DNA of 64,000 nt from Auanema rhodensis (Eukaryota > Animalia > Nematoda). The notes under the pieces were generated by a model. That model saw only the letters and a program-made list of their open reading frames with translations, ran no database searches and was not told the origin of the DNA. Below, piece by piece: positions 37,851 through 51,617 of the stretch (the first letter of the stretch is position 1; the number at the start of each line of letters is the position of its first letter). Position numbers and translations under genes: made by a program. The stretch covers positions 12,834,001-12,898,000 of the forward strand of contig OZ059898.1 of the NCBI GenBank assembly GCA_964057225.1, read 5' to 3'.

Positions 37851-40800
37851 TTATATGAGAGTGGACGCAAATATGTTTTGCATTATTTGTGGAAGATCCG
37901 ATGTATCCTTGCACACAAATGCTTTTCCTGCTGGGAGAGCTTTTTGAAGTCTGTAAGAAGGGTTTTATATACGTGTAAAGTCTATTTAAATGTTTCTCTT
38001 GGCCTTAAGAAAAGTAAAGATCTTTTCTACAATTACTCACTTTTCTGCCTGTTCCCCTAACGATCCTATAAAAATTATGAAGCTGTTTACATCTTCTGAC
38101 TTGCTCATTATATCGGTAAGATGTTTAGGCTTGATTCCTGAAATTTTAAATCCTGATTTTAATATCTTGTAGTTTTGCTACTACCATATCTCTCTAAGTT
38201 AGCATCCGAGACCAAAATGACTATTTTTTCATCACAATCCGTTTCATTGCCTAACTCTTTTATGGCTACGTCTAATCCTTCTGTTGTAAAATCGCCACTT
38301 GAACAGTACTAAGATGAAATTATTTATATGATTGCATGATTGTCGTAATTTTTGCTCACCTGCGTGTGTGCTAGCATTTGTTTCAGAATATCAAGTCTTT
38401 CTTTGTTATTCTTAGGATAGTTTCCATTTATGACAAAATTTATACATGGTGTATCGCCCGAGTGTCCAACGATATCATACTGAATAAAGTTTTTGAAATA
38501 CCTTTTAAATGTTCTGTTACTTACCACAATTTTATGTTCCTTTCCTTCCAAAGAAGTCATCACCATTAAACAAGCTTCAAGAGAACGTTGAAGTCTCTTA
38601 TCGTAACCATTGAACCTATACATAGAGCCAGAAACGTCAAAGACAACCTTCATACGCTTAGGTTGTTGTTGAGGAGTTCCCGGATCAGGCAACTTTTCAA
38701 TTCTTCTTCTAAAGCAAAGCTTATGTTCTGCATCGTTATTTTTCGAAAAACCTGTAAACATTCTTTTCACCAGTTATTCCTTCAATGATCTTAGAATCGT
38801 CAAAATCTCCACTAGTTTGATGGCGGGCCCATTGACGTTCCTTCTTCTTGGCCTTTAAAACAAAAAGTTTTGACACTTAAGAATTACACTTACCTCTAAC
38901 TGATCAATAATTCCTTTTAATCGAGTACTTTGTTTATCGATTCTATGCCACAACTTGTTATAAGCATCATCATCATATTCGGACATCTTAATTTCTTTTA
39001 GCTTCTTGGCATACTCAGCTTTAGCAATTTCGCGAGCCTTTTGAAGGAGATGTTCAGGAACTTGTTGTTTAGCGAATTCTGGCATCTGATGAACGTCGTG
39101 TCCAGCATCCAACCTAAGATATGGTTACAACATTATTATACAGCATCTCCTACCTAAATGGACCGCCAACACCTCCTAATCCGGCTGTATTATATCCACC
39201 AGTTCCTCCCATCCATTGGTTACCACCGACATGAGGAGTGTTATCAGGATCAAACTTACCTAGCTTGGGTTCATCAAGCTTGCTCAAGTCAAAGTCGTCC
39301 ATTGACTTCTCGAACTCCATTCGTAATGGTCCTTCCTTTTCTATATATTACGAATAAAGTTGATATACAAAAGAATATTAAACCTCCGATCATTTGACGC
39401 CAAGCGTTTAAAGATTGTCCTAAAGAAGTAGGAGAAACTTCATATGATCGAATTCCTCCACTGGTATCCAATGTTATCATCTTTTTATCATTCCAAGGAA
39501 CGGTAATAAAATTAGTTTTAGCTAAAGTTGCTAGCCAAGATCTATAAAATATGAGATTCATTGAACTGATAAAACTATGAACGAACCCATGGTAGCTATT
39601 GAACTTTGGTTCCGGGATTGGAATATATTGTAAAAATCCTGATTTAGTGTCAACAGCTTCTAGGAATCCAGCGATTCGGCTTGTTGATACGCCTAAAATA
39701 AAAAAAAATGAATCCGTTTTATTAGCTAGATGAATCACACAAAATGAAATTCATTTTAAAAATTCGATGCGCTCTGCTCGGTTGATCACACAAATCCAAT
39801 TTTTAAAATCAATTAGATATCAACATACATGTGAACATCGAGGAAGTTTCTTTTAATAATTGAGATACTTATTAAAAATTCAAATGCTTGTGTTTTTTTA
39901 CAATACTATTAAGATATTAAAAAAAAATTTTTCTTTGAATGTTTTTTTGTTTCTCTTTCTCGTTATGGACAATTCTATTATGCGCTATACCCTTCTTCAT
40001 CATATAATGAAGGAACTTCTGTTGAAGAAACCTTCAGAAGAATGTAGGTTGTGTACGGAGATTCTTCTCCATCATACACAACATGCATGAAATATTGTAG
40101 CCGCTTCAAAACTCTCCAGATCTTGCTCCAACAGATCTGTTCAGGTCGATATAACACACTTTGTGGGTTTAAAACTTCAAAAATTTAAAAATTTAAAATG
40201 TTTTTGCATCGAAAATAAACATTTTTATAGGAAAGGAATAAGAAGCTTGAGGGCATTAATGCAACCAGTTAATATTATCAACGTACCTGCAGGAACCACA
40301 TTTTTTGGAACTTGCCAATTTGGCAGAGCAGATACCACAACTCCTCCCGAGAGGAGAACCATGTTTCTATTAGGATCTAGGTATTTCTTTGTTACTTCAT
40401 CGGAGAGATAATACGGTCTTCGAGCATCTACCACATCTGTTAAAGGCTTACGCGATGATCCTTCAACTGTTGTTGAACTCTAAAATTGTGGTTACTTATA
40501 AAAAGTTTAGAGGATTGAAATACATGTAAGAGGGGGAATCCGTTGCTTTTTAAAGAATAAAAGCCATCAGCCTGTATGAATGTTTCATTTTCACTAGATC
40601 GTAGAGTATTAATATTTTCTAGAATGTCTAGATCAGTATCAATCTCTCGAATCAACCATTTATCATTTTCAAAACACAACATAGATAGTGTACCGTCCTA
40701 AATTTAAAAAAATGAAGTTATTTTAGTATTTTCAAAACTTACAGTATACTTAAGTAACCATTTATCAGATGATACCGGAATAACCGTACGAATGTCTTTT

Positions 40801-43800
40801 TCAACCTCGAATTTCACGACTTCATCTTTGGAAATGATTCGTATCTGTTTTCCCAATTTTTCATATATTAAGGGTAGTTTTCCAGCTACCATTCTCCATT
40901 TGTCATCGTTTTCCAGCACTTAACATAATTTCGATTGTTTGATTATATTATAAGCTCTAACTATTTTCGATCTTGCCCATTAAAGAGTCTGAGAAAGCAA
41001 TTGTTTCCATGAGACCTGAGTTTAGATGGAAAACCATGAGTTGATTAGAGATTTCTTCATGAAGTAAAACACGATTTCCATCTCCCAGCGATGCTAATCG
41101 AATTCTTGGATGATACTTAGCTCTTCTGCCTTTTGGAATGAATGAGGAAATATCGAACTCTTCTACCTATAAATGCCAAATTTGAACTATGCACCAGAAC
41201 CATGCCAATAACCTGACTAGTATTTTCAAGATCTTTTATAACATAAAGACGACCCGGATTAACAGCACTAACAATGAGAGTGTCGTCAATGAAAAGACTA
41301 TCCGAGCATATATTCACATCTAACATTGGAATCTGCCATGAACAAACCTGGAAAGCGGAATTTGAGATTCAATAAAAAGTTAAATCTCCAACTTGCTCGG
41401 AAAAGTTGTCCGTACGCATATTCTCTTTATCCAGAGGAAGCATTTGTCCAATTAAAGCCGTGGCATTCTATATACACATCAATATAACCAAGAATCAAAG
41501 TTATGCCTACGGATCGTGAAAGTGGACTGATAGCCACATTTAGTTTTAGAGGAGAAACGTTGTCTTTTGTACCCCAATTACCGAGATTCTTAAATGATGG
41601 CATTTCTATTCTCGGCGCTAGGAAAATTCGATCAAGAGGACGGTCAATTCCTGAAAAACTCAGCTTAGGTCTCGTATAGGAATAATGAGGGAAATTCCAC
41701 ATTTTTGACACAAAAAGGTTTAAATCAAAGAATTTCTATTATTTACTATCACATATCGACATAGTAATCTAACCCAATGGAATTCCATGCTTCCTAAATG
41801 CTTCTTCAATGGTTTTCACAGCATCCGGTGTGTATTCATCAAAGTCCAAAACGTTTTTCACAACAGTAGTCAAAGGATCGTTAGGGAATGCCTAGATAAA
41901 GAAAGGTGATTGGATTTACGAATAAATTGGCAATTACATTCACATGCTTCACAATGTTGACCAACTCTCTAGTTGAATAAGGATATTGAAGAAGCCCATT
42001 GTCTGCAAAATCTCTGAGTTCTGAGAATGCAGCAACCAAATTGTTCAAAGTCTGTTCAGGAACATCTAAACAGAGGAATTAACTATACCAACTATTATCA
42101 GGTCATTACTTGGTCCGTATTTCTTCAACATCACGATTTCATTTGCTCTACTGGGGTTATCGACGGTGTGTACAGAGAAAAGATCTCCCAGTACTCCAAA
42201 TAGATCGTTCCCTAAGAAGGGAAAGCCAGGCCTATTAGCAAGCATTATCATTTTGAAATCCGGATGAAGAGGGATAGTTCTACTGGTTTGAGGAAGATGA
42301 GCTGGTTGTAGCTTTCTGCCATCACCCAATACTAAAGTACCAGTGTCGAGAAGACTTTTTAATACAGCGATGACATGCAGAGGAGCTTTATCCGCTTCAT
42401 CAACAACAAGCACATGTCCAGCTCGAGCAGCTTTTACTAGTGCAGAATCTTCATACTTAACAACTCCTTGCTCAACTGTACATTGAATTGTCAACGATTC
42501 TACAGTAGTATCACTGTAAACAAATGTTAAAAACATTGACATAACTTTAGAATAAGCATCGTTTACCGATGAAGTTGTATATATAAACGAGGCCTGTTAA
42601 CCAAATGCAAAAATCTGTCTGTAACTTTATTTTTGCCGACTCCTTGATTACCAATAAGAAGAAGATGAGATCCCAATTGGAAATCTCTAGCCATATCACG
42701 CATTATATTGACATGCTAAATAGAAGGTGATGTAATACATATTAACTTTTTTTACCTGATCATTGTTATAAAACAGCACATTTGGAACAAGAGCTTCATC
42801 CTCTGGAGCTACATGAGATATTCTGCGTAAAGTTTGAAGATCTTCCTCCAATGAACCATCTGTAAAAAATATGTTTCGAAGTTGCGTAATTCGTCATTAG
42901 CAATACCTTTGCGACTATCCTGAACCGAATTACAGATCTTTAAATTTTCCAAGATATTCTCAAAAGCAGTCTTGGTAATAGAAGGGAGAAAGCTTCAAAA
43001 ATGAAATAAAAATTCAAATATTGGTGAAAGGCTTACCGTGACAACGCTGCTTTTTCAATTAGAGAACGTAATTCCCCACTATGAAGAGTATCTCTCCTAG
43101 CAATATGAATCATCTTACGAAAAGATAAAGAAGTAGCCACACCACGTAACTTAAACAAAACAAAAAAAAATGTTAAATTTAAGAAATGCATACTCCAGCA
43201 TCATGGGATGTTCTCAAGCTCTCTCCTAGGTCAACTAAACTTTTAATGGCATCTCTATTTGCTCCTTTGACTAGTCTGGAAAAATCATATTTCTTGGAAG
43301 CTCTGCTATGACTAACTTGGATATCACTTCGGACTGGTCATGTGAAGTGAGTGACTCGTGATGGAAAAATGGCACTAATGACAAGACAGCATCGTTAATC
43401 CAGTGATTTTCAGAAGTTTCAGAGTCACCAACAAGGATGAGACGGAAAGATGATGGAATACAGTATATACCCCTGAAACATTCATAACATTGAAGGTCTT
43501 AGCAAACTTTTTACTTCTCTTCCAATTGTTCTTTAGTTTGTCCTGTTTTCGCAACAATTTCTTGAAATTGGTCTTCTCCAATTAACCTATCACCATTTGG
43601 AAGATCAAGTAAACGATGATGAATCAAAGATGACAAGGATTCCAAAGCACTCCAATGAACTCGTTCGGCTCCATCCAAGACACAAACATGTCCTTGCTTG
43701 GCAGCTGCAACCAGTTGACTATCCTCCCAAATAGTATCTCCATCTTTTAACATTCGCCTCCTTTGAATCAATTCGCGCGAATTCATATCCTAAATAGCAT

Positions 43801-45756
43801 TCATCATATAATAGTCCAATAAAACATCAAAACCTGATAAAGAATCATAGATTCGTACAAGAAACCTAATCTCCTTGAAAGCTCATTTAATATCATAGTC
43901 TTTCCAGAGCCCTTAGGGCCTGAACATCAATTAATGTAGAACGAAAGGATTTAATCATAATCATACCTATAATGGCAAAATCACCTGCAGCATGAGCCAC
44001 AGCCAAATCTGCTAAAAACTTATTTTGTTCTGGGGTTTGTACGAATGACTTTGAATGAGTCGTTGGATTGATTCCGGCAGCATGAGTCTAAAATATGTCA
44101 AGTGTTCTTATCTTTTGTAATTTTGATTTGTGTATATTTGTATTATTATAACTTTTTACATCCCGTTTCACAGAAGTTGATATCATGTGCATAGCCTCTC
44201 GCGTGAGCTAATATTAAGAGCATATCACAAGTCACGTTTTCATTCCATTTTTGAAATTGATATAAAACGGTTGATTTATAAGAAGATTCCAAGTTACAAC
44301 TCAATATCCCATTATTTTCAGCGACGAATATAAGATTAAAACTAATCAAGAAGCATCTTACCTCAAATGAAAGATTATTATTTGGAGAAGAAAGTAGAAC
44401 ATCTCTTTTTGACTTTTCAGCTTCAACTCCAGAAATAGAGTAAGAATTGATTACATTATTCTTCAAATCGTTTATGTATAAGTTCTTCTAATATTATTTT
44501 TTCAATACCTTGATCTCAAACTTATTGAAAAACTCTTTTGCCAAGTTGATGTCAGTATCACGCAATACACTTTCAAGTGGATATAGCATTCTTATAATGT
44601 CCTCAGATCCAAAAGATGGATTTACATTCTGAAACTTTTTTTCAAGTCGAATAGTTTTGAGAAACGAACCCATATTTTCATAACTCTCTCTAAATTATCA
44701 ACAGACAACAATGGTAATTTCAATTCATCTTGTGAGTTCAAAGCATAAGCTACGGCAACTACGTCGTTAACAGCATTTGCCGGAACATTCGGAGCAAGTT
44801 CTTTACATTGAGCAACAGTATCCTGATTTTATCATTTTATTTCTATATCAAGAGCTCGCCTTCTAACCTCGAAGGGAAGTGGCAGCACATGACGGCATTG
44901 GAAACGAGATCGAAGAGGTGGGTCCAATGTATGCCCTGTGAACCTAGGAACTGGAAGCCCAAGAGCGATAACATGGAAATTAGGTGAAACTCTCTCTAAT
45001 CCCATTTTAATTAGTTCAGCGGCGGTGTATTTCTGCAAAAATAACATGGAGGCAGCACACTATATCCTAGTACCTGGCTCAACTCATCATACTTTTCATG
45101 ATGCATTAAAAACCTTCCGTCATCCAATTGCATTTCCCTGTAACGTAGCTTAAACGTTATAGAAAAAAGTCAACACAACAAGACCTATTTTCAAGCAAAT
45201 TGTTCAATATAGGGAGCACATTTCGTTCAGCTTTTTCTACACCATCAATTACAAGAACACGTCCATGAAGAGCAGCTCTAACTGCGCATAAATCTGTATA
45301 AAAAGCTCTTCCACTTCTAATCTCCCTTCTCTGTTTAATATCAGCTTCAGTAGTGTCTCTGGTTATGGCTAAATACTCGTATTCTCGGTTACTCGCAGCC
45401 TTAAGGTTCAATTACTGACTCATTTATACATCAGAAGACCTACAAGATATTGAAGGACAATAGACGACCTTATAGATCCAGGAATTCCAAGCAGAAAAAC
45501 ATCCTGCTTTAATATATCTTTTTGTAAAAGCCATTTAAGATGGCTCAAAGATGACTGATTAGTAGTTAGATCTTCTTAAAGATGAGATAAGAATATTTTT
45601 CTTTTATAAAAACCAACTCCTATGACGGATAGGTACTAACTCTGGACGTTGAGCAACACGAATGGGAACCCGTACATCACCCACTTTAAGAAACAACTTT
45701 TCTGCTTCAGAAGCATTTCTAGAGGAAAATCTTGTGGAAATGCGAAACAAAAGCAT
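37851..45756 (-). CDS. vwa-8: Mitochondrial AAA+/vWA protein VWA8
   Basis: Presequence MLLFRISTRFSSR, ITRDTTEADIKQRRE, GNQGVGKNK, VDEADKAP, vWA motif VFDVSGSMYRFNG, GHSGD. Confidence 0.93.
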
Positions 45757-45984
45757 TTTATATATATTTCATAATCTAAATGCATCAAAACTAGAAGGAA
45801 AAATGGTACAAATAAAATATCAAGGCAATCAAGCCATACATAAATGAACTTAAAAGACTAGTATGGTATATTTTACAAAGATAATAAATTAAAAATGCGG
45901 AATCCACATATAAGATTGTGTTAAGCCTTGAAGGTGATTATCTTAAAATTGTGGAATAGACTGGACTGATAGAGAAAAGTTGTA

Positions 45985-46686
45985 TCAACGACGAATAAAG
46001 ACTAATACAAGAGCGGCAGCCAAACCAACAATTGTGGAAATGAGATACTGCAAACCACACAATATTTCAATAACAATGTATTAACTAACCTTATTTTCAC
46101 GAACTTTTCTCTTTTCAACTTCATCTTCCAATTGGTACAATCTTGTTGAGACACGAGCTAAAAACAATAGTTTAAAATTAGTTATATATCAAATTTTTTT
46201 TACTCAATTGACGTCGCATTAGCTTTAATTCCTGAAGAGGATTTTCATCAATGGCGATTGATGAACTACTACGGACATCTTCCTAAATTAGAAAAATATG
46301 AATAATAAAAAACGGTGGAACTTGTTACAATAGTAGGTTCATCTGGATATAATTTATCTACAGTTATATGAGAAGGAATATCATGTTGTTCAGCCTGAAA
46401 CGTTTCCAATACAAATTCAGACTAAGAGAACAAAGTACACCTTATAATCAGCATGGCCTTCAACTGGTAGGCGAGGATCAGAGGCATACCCATGATAACC
46501 TTCTCCACCCGTTAATATGATCTTGTCCGGCACTGTCATTCTTTCTATCATACGCTCCCTATCCATTGAATGTCTGCCCTAAAATTAATAATTGAATAAA
46601 ACATTCATAAATCAATATTAGCCTACATAAGCATCAGCTATGAAAACCGACTCTCCGGTAGCGGAAATATGGTCAGGAACATTCAT
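45985..46686 (-). CDS. MFF: Mitochondrial fission factor (mff-1/mff-2 family)
   Basis: Two Drp1-binding-type repeats MNVPDHI and MTVPDKI, coiled coil ELKLMRRQLARVSTRLYQLE, C-terminal tail anchor ending FIRR*. An extra 5' exon is possible. Confidence 0.82.
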
Positions 46687-47350
46687 GTCTTTCGTTCTAA
46701 AAAGATGAAATGAAAACACTCAAATAAAAATCAATTTTATCAAAAAGGTTAAAATATGATTGGCTTCATATTCTAATACTAATTGTTATACTAAAACAGT
46801 AAACAGTGAACAGTAAACAGTAAAACATATGAATAAAAAGGACAACAAAGCTTGGGACACGTTCGGGTTAGTTTTACAAATTTCAAACATAAACTAATAT
46901 AACGCTATGAACTTAAACTAACATGACTTTCTCGTATCTATTGCGTTGAACTTGCATCATTTACAGAAGTTATCAGTTCGCTTAATATACTTGACACTAA
47001 GAGTGCAGTGACCACCACAGCACATGAAAGCTTATGACTCACTTATCAGGCAAAAATTGTCGGCTTACTTACAGGTCAATTGTGAAATCATACAAAGAAA
47101 CTTCTTATGAAAATCAATAGTGTCAAAAAAACGTTAAGAGAGCAAGAACTGAGAGAAACTGGACAGTGGTTTCAATGTTCGATAGCTGTTGTAAAACAAA
47201 CTACGACTACGTACGTTTGTCCATAAGTTTTTAAATTGCTGTTTGAATATCTTAGTTCTAAACAGTGAACATAGGTTCGACAATGATATCATACTTAAAG
47301 ATCATATTACAATCCGATTTCAACATATATTGATAAAAAAAATGTTTTAG

Positions 47351-48675
47351 ATGGATATCAAACTTAGTGACGCAGAAAAAGTATTTTTGATTCACGGAGT
47401 TGAAGCTGGATTTCGCAATGACGGAAGAGGGTAAGTATTTTAAAATAGTGTTATTTGTTTCTATTAATTTTATAAAAATATCTTTATTACTCTTTATGTT
47501 TGAGATGTGAAGATTTCCGCCCGATCATCATTGAAAGAGGAGTTCTTTCTACCACGGATGGATCAGCAAGAATACGATTAGATGCAACAGATATATTGGT
47601 TAGCAATTCTATCATATTCGTCTTATAAGCTTTTTTCATTCATTACAGGTTGGAGTAAAATGTGATTTGCAGTCTTTTGAGACGAATGCTGTCCCAGAAT
47701 CTAGATTAAGATTTTCAATTGATTGCTCTGCTAATGCTTCACCTCAATTTGAAGGAAAAGGAGGAGATCTCTTTGCTGATGATATTGTTAGTATTTTGGA
47801 ATCTGCATATGACAACTCTTTTGTTTTTCCTGATATTGAGAAGTATTTACCTACCTTTGTTTGATATGAATAATTTCTTTAATTTCAGGTTAAAAATCTC
47901 ATCGAATCATTGCTGGATTATTTATATTGATATTGTGATTCTTCAATACGGAGGAAGCATTGTCGATGCATGCTCTTTAGGGGTATAACTTTTTTTTCTA
48001 CCGTATCTTCATTATTTTTTTAAGACTATAGCAGCTTTAAGTAACACTGCACTATGTGTTGTAAATCCACGCCCAGCTGATGCTAATAAAGTAACTATTG
48101 AATTACCTGATTCGGGAGAAACTTGGTCTCTAAATACTGAAAAGTTAGTTTCTTGAAATATGGTATTTGTTTTTATGCTAATTACACGAGCGACTATTCA
48201 ATTTTTGTTTTCACGTGAAAAAGTCGTGTTGTTTTTATTTTTCACTTATTTAAATGCTGACTCGGTTGCGTTGTAATGTTTTCATACCACCTTAACTTAA
48301 TGTTTTTCAGTTTGCCTGTTTTGATAACTGTAAGTAAAATAGGGACTGCGAATGCAGTGGATTGTTCTATGAATGAAGAAACATGTGTGAAATCGGCGTT
48401 AGTTGTGGGTGTAGCACCTCCACCAAAACCGGTATGTTTCTTTTCGTTTTTTTCTTTCTGAAATGTGCATATTTACTCAGAATTGTCCGAACGAAGCCTG
48501 TATCATATCATTGGTTAGACAATGTGGTGGGGGAAGTTTAGAAAGTCAGTCTACAGAAGACATGATAGATACAGCTATTCGGGTTTCTCGAGAATTGCAT
48601 AAGTCCTTAAGAGCACGATTCGATGAAGAAGATGAGGAGGAGGTACGAGTTCCCGGGTTAACATTTTTGTCGTAA
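47351..48675 (+). CDS. exos-7: Exosome RNase PH-like subunit RRP42/EXOSC7
   Basis: LSDAEKVFLIHGVEAGFRNDGR, GSARIRL, ILVGVK, VDCSMNEE, GGGSL. Confidence 0.9.
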
Positions 48676-48766
48676 GTTGTTATTTCATTGTTGTATTATT
48701 GTTATGGTTTTGTTGTTTCTGTATGCAAGTTTAAAAAAAAGAATTTATCGTTATTTTTGTGTAAAT

Positions 48767-49683
48767 CTACATTACTACAAGCTTCTGTTTGTAGATAAGT
48801 GCATGTGGCATTGCAGGCCCGTCAACAAACATAGGAAATGAGTTATCACCTTGACAAACATATTCTCCAGCCGATTCTGGTATAGCTTGAATAATGATAT
48901 CATCTCCTTCATATGACACATCAGATCCTGAAAAAATATGTTTAATATAGCTTTACATTTTTTAACACCTAAAGTCTCTCCATCTTTTGACCATGTGACA
49001 TATGGTGGAGGATAACCATAAACAGGACAGTGCAATCGAATACTTTCCCCGGATTTAATAACCTTTGGGGGAACGATTACGGTAGCTATCTTGGTATCCT
49101 TGACTTCTTCAAATTCTGATCCTGACGGTAATTGAAGAATTGGTGGCACTGTTAATAGAATATAATTTTGATTAACATTTATAATAGCATTTACGATAAA
49201 TGAAGCAATTTCCGGTAGCAATTTGCTCATCCTGGGTCCTTATTTCACATGTATACTTACCAGCAACTGTTGCTGGTGCATTATTAATATCAAGGAAAGT
49301 TGTATGATCAGTTAAGCCTCCTTCAAAAACCTTAACTAAAACATATCTAGGAAGCTAGAATTTTTGTTACTTTTCCGTCTCGCGATCTTCTAAATTGTCC
49401 AAATGCTATAGGAGTTTTCTCTCCTAAAATTTGAGCTCCACACCTAAACAACTGCTTATACAAAGAAATAAGGTTTAGTTTTTGACCATAGTTTTCCGAT
49501 GTGAGCCAACACCGGGTTTCCATGAGTACCAACGAAAGATTTTGGTTTACCAACTACAGCTAAATTTCCAACTACGATAAGTGAGGCATCAGCAACATAA
49601 AAAGCGATGCCTCAAATAAAAATAATGTATAATATAATATTAAAGAAAGACTTACATAATCCGCACACGATTTTGAGGATCAT
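48767..49683 (-). CDS. Secreted two-Ig-domain protein (ZIG family)
   Basis: Signal peptide MILKIVCGLCIAFYVADA, LWC...AGKYTC, LHCPVYGYPPPYVTWSKDG...GEYVC; no TM helix. Confidence 0.8.
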
Positions 49684-50222
49684 TATGTGGCGAATTGCTG
49701 TACACTTTTATCTCAAAGTTTAACCACATGATAAATGGCTGTGTTGTCAATTCGTGATAAAGCTCTGGATTTGTTGAAACATTGATTGAATGTTTCATTG
49801 ACAAGATTGATTGAAGAAATAAAATTTGTTTTTCTAGAGGTTTTCTTGTAACTATAAACAAGATATAATTTTTAATGTTTCAATTATCATCAATAATCTT
49901 TACATTTTTGGATCTTATTTGTATCATTTATATCAAAAAAAAAAATTATTATATTATACATACACATAAATAAAAATATGTACTATTACAATTGCACATT
50001 TTTATGTTGCTCCACTCTCACGACTCTGCCCTAATGCTAAAACGCGGCAATTAAAATATTCAAATCTGCCTGAGCATTTGAGCGTTTTATATAAGATTAT
50101 CTTTTTATTTGTTTATTTAGCGTTATTAAATACTTTTAGTGTTTATTTTATTTTATCTTTGTGATTGATTTTCAATTTTTTTTAGTATTTACAAGATATA
50201 TATATATATCTAAAATATTATA

Positions 50223-51333
50223 ATGGGAAGAAGTAGCATTGCTTCCGAAGCGGAAGTGCGCAAATCACGTAATTCTCTTGGACCCGCAATAACTGATAAA
50301 GTATTATTTTTTATGATATCCAATCTATTAAACCTAAATTTAGACTAATACTAGAACCAGTATCGATGTGTGCTTATCTCCTACAGCCTTAGCAAAAAAG
50401 GTATTGCTTGTCAGCTATTTTTAACTATATCAGACGCCTTTGTTTTCAGCTAGATGAAATGAAAGATAAGCAATTGGAGAAAAGTGAAGCCGTTATAGTT
50501 GAGCTGTCTGGATTTGATAACGTATTTCATGGAATGTGAAACATTAATCTGATGTGATATTTTTAGAGTCACTATGTTACCACTGAAGAGTATCAGTTAC
50601 ATCGAGAAGCAGTTAAAAAACTTGCTTCAGATCCTAATAATTTTGACGTGTCTGGTAAAACTGAGCTAAACATTGAGGGTGCAGCTTTAGCAGGTGCTAA
50701 ACTGTTAGTAGATGAAAATCGTGCTTCTCGTAGACTTTCACGACTGTTAGTTTATTCTTTATATTAGTTATTTACCTTTATAATTTAGTCTCAAAGAAAG
50801 GTGCGGTATTGAAGGTGATGAGGTTTTGTACAAGCCTTTGCCATATCATGGAAACGAAAATGATTCAGCTAGAGAAGTAGGAATGTATGTCTAATATTTT
50901 ACTACAAGTGCAAATATGTAACTATTTAGGCTTAGAAATGCTTCAGTAGTTGAGAGTTTTGTCGACTATAAGAAGCAATTGGAGTTTAAATCTAATGTGT
51001 TACACCACGTTGAGTGCGATATTGGTAAAAAGGAAACAAAATCAGAAGGTCGGATAGCTACTAGAAAGCAAATAGCACAAGAAAATATGAATCGAAGAAA
51101 GCGCAAAGCTAATTCCAGATGGGTTGAAAAAACACCCAAATGTAAAAAAGAAACCAACCCTCTAGATTGTAATATGGTAAGAAAAGCTTTTGTATTGAGT
51201 TCTTGTACGTTCGTTTCAGATTATTGATAAATATGTATTAGAGGTAGCTTCAGATATTAAAGAATTCTCGAAGAAACGCCGAAGAATCGCTCCTATTCCT
51301 TTCAACCTGGATATACTTGATGATGAACTTTAA
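50223..51333 (+). CDS. Uncharacterised charged protein with NLS-like basic clusters
   Basis: Seven exons splice in frame (MGRSSIASEAE...KKRRRIAPIPFNLDILDDEL*). Confidence 0.7.
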
Positions 51334-51617
51334 GTTCACTTTCTCCCTTTGAAGTTTGGAATTGTACTTCTCAGTTGTCCACCTTCTTGCATGATCTCTT
51401 CTTTTAATATATTAATGCCTGTATTCATGCCATTTATTGAGCGATGTCATATTATGTTATTTAATTAACCTAAGAGTTAATCTCACCATGTATAGAATTA
51501 AATTGGGAAGAAAAAACTAAGTTACGTGTATTATCAAACACTAAAACTGCTCAAATTGACACAATATTTTTTGCATTGAAACTAATTACACGCATTTGTT
51601 ATACCCATGTGCTGAAT

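Noticed and set aside
50925-50940. TTAGGCTTAG telomere-like motif
   Set aside because: It spans an ordinary acceptor-exon junction; there is no telomeric array or recognisable DNA-elimination site.
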